Below, in pieces: positions 34,786-37,462 of a DNA stretch of 37,462 bases. Position 1 is the stretch's first letter. Each line of letters opens with the position of its first letter. The stretch lies in the IMG/VR virus record IMGVR_UViG_2778261530_000007. One strand, 5' to 3'. The notes under the pieces were generated by a model. It did not search any database. It was not told the origin of the DNA and saw only the letters and a list, made by a program, of their open reading frames with translations. Origin of the DNA: a virus. Its lineage: Duplodnaviria > Heunggongvirae > Uroviricota > Caudoviricetes. The position numbers and the translations under genes are program-made.

Positions 34786-35219
34786 CCCGAATTAATTCAA
34801 TACGACAGTTGACTCTGACATCAGATATTCCGGACAGGGTCGTATTTTTGCCTCTGGACAAAGCAACTGATTATCTGAATCAGCTCAATAGCGCGCAGCG
34901 AATACTTCTGGAATCTGCTATCAGTGACCGACAGGCCATAGGCAAAGGAACGCTTTTTGCAATCAACGAAGGAAGAATAAAAAAAATTTGCAAGGAAGTC
35001 ATAAAACACAATATGCGAGTCAAGGAAGCAATAAACATTGCTATGCAACCGGACAATCTTGCTCGCTTGTTCCCAGACAATCCTGAACAAAGAGCCCGTT
35101 ACAGGAGTTTATTAATTTGTTTTGGTCGGGCTATTGCCCAAAGTGAATTTATTGCCCGCGATATAATTAATGCGATGGAGCAATGCACTGCCTCATTCAC
35201 CGAACATCTGGACCAATAG
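34782..35219 (+). CDS. Hypothetical protein (145 aa) in an AT-rich moron between D and ogr
   Basis: ORF with ATGA overlap to the D stop; AT-rich composition; no recognisable motif. Confidence 0.5.
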   Translation: MTRINSIRQLTLTSDIPDRVVFLPLDKATDYLNQLNSAQRILLESAISDRQAIGKGTLFAINEGRIKKICKEVIKHNMRVKEAINIAMQPDNLARLFPDNPEQRARYRSLLICFGRAIAQSEFIARDIINAMEQCTASFTEHLDQ

Positions 35220-35275
35220 CAAAAACAGAGTGAGCAACCTAGAATAGCGGCAGCACCACGTTAAGGGAGGTCGCT

Positions 35276-35536
35276 ATGTTCCGTTGTCCGCTTTGTGGCG
35301 CATCTGCCCGTATCCGCACCAGTCGTCCGGAAAATGATTCAAACACCGTGCGGCAAAAGTATTACCAGTGTAACAACCTGGAATGCGGCGTATGCTTCTC
35401 AACACTGGAAGCTTTCCATAAATTCACATCGAAACACGCCTCCGGCGTTCACTCTTCAGAAGGTATCCCGTGGCATGAGCTGCCAGCTTCGCACAGGGGA
35501 AACAATCAGATGAGCTTGCCTTTACCTCAGAATTAA
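35276..35536 (+). CDS. ogr: Ogr/Delta-family zinc-finger late-gene transcriptional activator
   Basis: MFRCPLCGASARIRTSR ... YYQCNNLECGVCF matches the Ogr C4 zinc-finger pattern. Confidence 0.85.
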   Translation: MFRCPLCGASARIRTSRPENDSNTVRQKYYQCNNLECGVCFSTLEAFHKFTSKHASGVHSSEGIPWHELPASHRGNNQMSLPLPQN

Positions 35537-35596
35537 CGGGCAGAATTGCCGGATTAACAAAAAAGCGATAGATTACACGCGGGTGCCTTTCGGCTG

Positions 35597-35809
35597 ATGG
35601 TCGGAGGGAATACCCGAAGGCCGGATGTGGAAAGGCCCCGGAAAACATTTCTGTTTAACCGAGGCCCTGACCATACAACCTTCGCAAGTCGTAGGTTAGC
35701 GCCTCTCCAACAAAGGAGCAAGCGCTATGTCGCAAAAATCGCTTACGGCCATCACGTTCTGCGTGACGGCAATCCTCATCATCTGGATGCTGCACGGTTC
35801 GCTGTGTGA
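35597..35809 (+). CDS. mok: Mok-like overlapping reading frame of a hok/mok/sok-type locus
   Basis: 70-aa ORF overlapping hok in another frame, as in characterised hok/sok loci. Confidence 0.45.
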   Translation: MVGGNTRRPDVERPRKTFLFNRGPDHTTFASRRLAPLQQRSKRYVAKIAYGHHVLRDGNPHHLDAARFAV

Positions 35810-35867
35810 AATACGGATGAGCTTCTGGGGAGCGGAGTTTGCGGCGTTCTTACAGTGTAAGCAGTAA
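35727..35867 (+). CDS. hok: Hok/Gef-family type I toxin (46 aa membrane peptide)
   Basis: Hand-translated MSQKSLTAITFCVTAILIIWMLHGSLCEIRMSFWGAEFAAFLQCKQ: N-terminal TM helix then the family-typical LCEIR and AAF motifs; GGAG RBS. Confidence 0.75.
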   Translation: MSQKSLTAITFCVTAILIIWMLHGSLCEIRMSFWGAEFAAFLQCKQ

Positions 35868-35959
35868 GGAAACCGCGACGGGGGAGCAATCCCCCGTCAA
35901 TCGGTTGCCAGGGTAAAGGTCGAAAAGGCACCCTATTTCCAGTTGACGTGAACAACAAG

Positions 35960-35991
35960 CCCGCAGCGTAAAAACTGCGGGTTTTCTTTTT
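35960..35991 (+). terminator. Rho-independent terminator (CCCGCAG-loop-CTGCGGG followed by a T-run) after the hok locus
   Basis: Hairpin plus TTTTCTTTTT. Confidence 0.55.
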
Positions 35992-36022
35992 GGTTCCCTC
36001 ACTCATGAGGACACCAAAAACA

Positions 36023-36053
36023 AAGCCCATAGCATAGAAGCTGTGGGCTTTTT
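36023..36053 (+). terminator. Second terminator-like hairpin (AGCCCATAGC...GCTGTGGGCT followed by TTTTT)
   Basis: Near-perfect inverted repeat with a T-run. Confidence 0.45.
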
Positions 36054-36127
36054 GCATTCAAAGATGGACGTTATATGGACACTTAAAAATAAAATCCATT
36101 TATTTTCAAATGATTAAACCTTTACTT

Positions 36128-36150
36128 AAAGCGCCCGCAGGCGCTTTTTA
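36128..36150. terminator. Bidirectional terminator downstream of serS (AAAGCGCC-CGCA-GGCGCTTTTT)
   Basis: GC stem flanked by an A-run and a T-run, 20 bp past the serS stop. Confidence 0.55.
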
Positions 36151-36169
36151 GATTCAGAAAAATTGGGTA

Positions 36170-37462
<1,293 letters not shown>

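Larger units (their letters stand above)
1..36120. mobile_element. Integrated P2/186-like temperate myovirus prophage; left end (attL) lies beyond the window start, right end lies somewhere between ogr/hok and the serS terminator
   Basis: Full P2-type gene set in conserved order (int, repressor, cox-like, A, Q, P, O, N, M, L, X, lysis, R, S, V, W, J, I, H, G, FI, FII, E, T, U, D, ogr) recognised from ORF translations; flanked on the right by host serS. Confidence 0.88.

Overview
The window is almost entirely a complete P2/186-like (Peduovirus-type) temperate myovirus prophage in an enterobacterial chromosome, ending next to the host seryl-tRNA synthetase gene serS (36170..37462, minus). All calls are from reading the ORF translations and the DNA; no searches were run. 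Layout from the left: tyrosine integrase (stop codon at the window edge, so attL lies outside the window), HTH immunity repressor, Cox/Apl-like early gene, a string of small early genes with several morons, replication endonuclease A, an accessory cargo island, then the late genes Q and P (minus), O-N-M-L-X, lysis cassette, R-S-V-W-J-I-H-G (plus), sheath/tube/tape-measure block FI-FII-E-E'-T-U (minus), D, a moron, ogr, a hok/mok-type type I toxin locus, and serS. The most interesting region is the accessory island between gene A and the portal gene Q (10024..12628), where P2 carries tin/old. Here it holds a plasmid-type ParM/ParR actin-like partition pair with paired palindromic sites upstream, a small protein ending in a ClpX-type zinc-binding domain, and a Phd/Doc toxin-antitoxin pair. 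Other points worth a second look: the FI-to-U tail block is on the opposite strand from G and D compared with canonical P2 order; an SPFH (band-7) lipoprotein with a small membrane partner in the early operon; two AT-rich morons of unknown function; and a hok mRNA with textbook 5'/3' fold-back complementarity. No rRNA, tRNA or CRISPR array was seen. The cos site and attR core could not be pinned down by eye.
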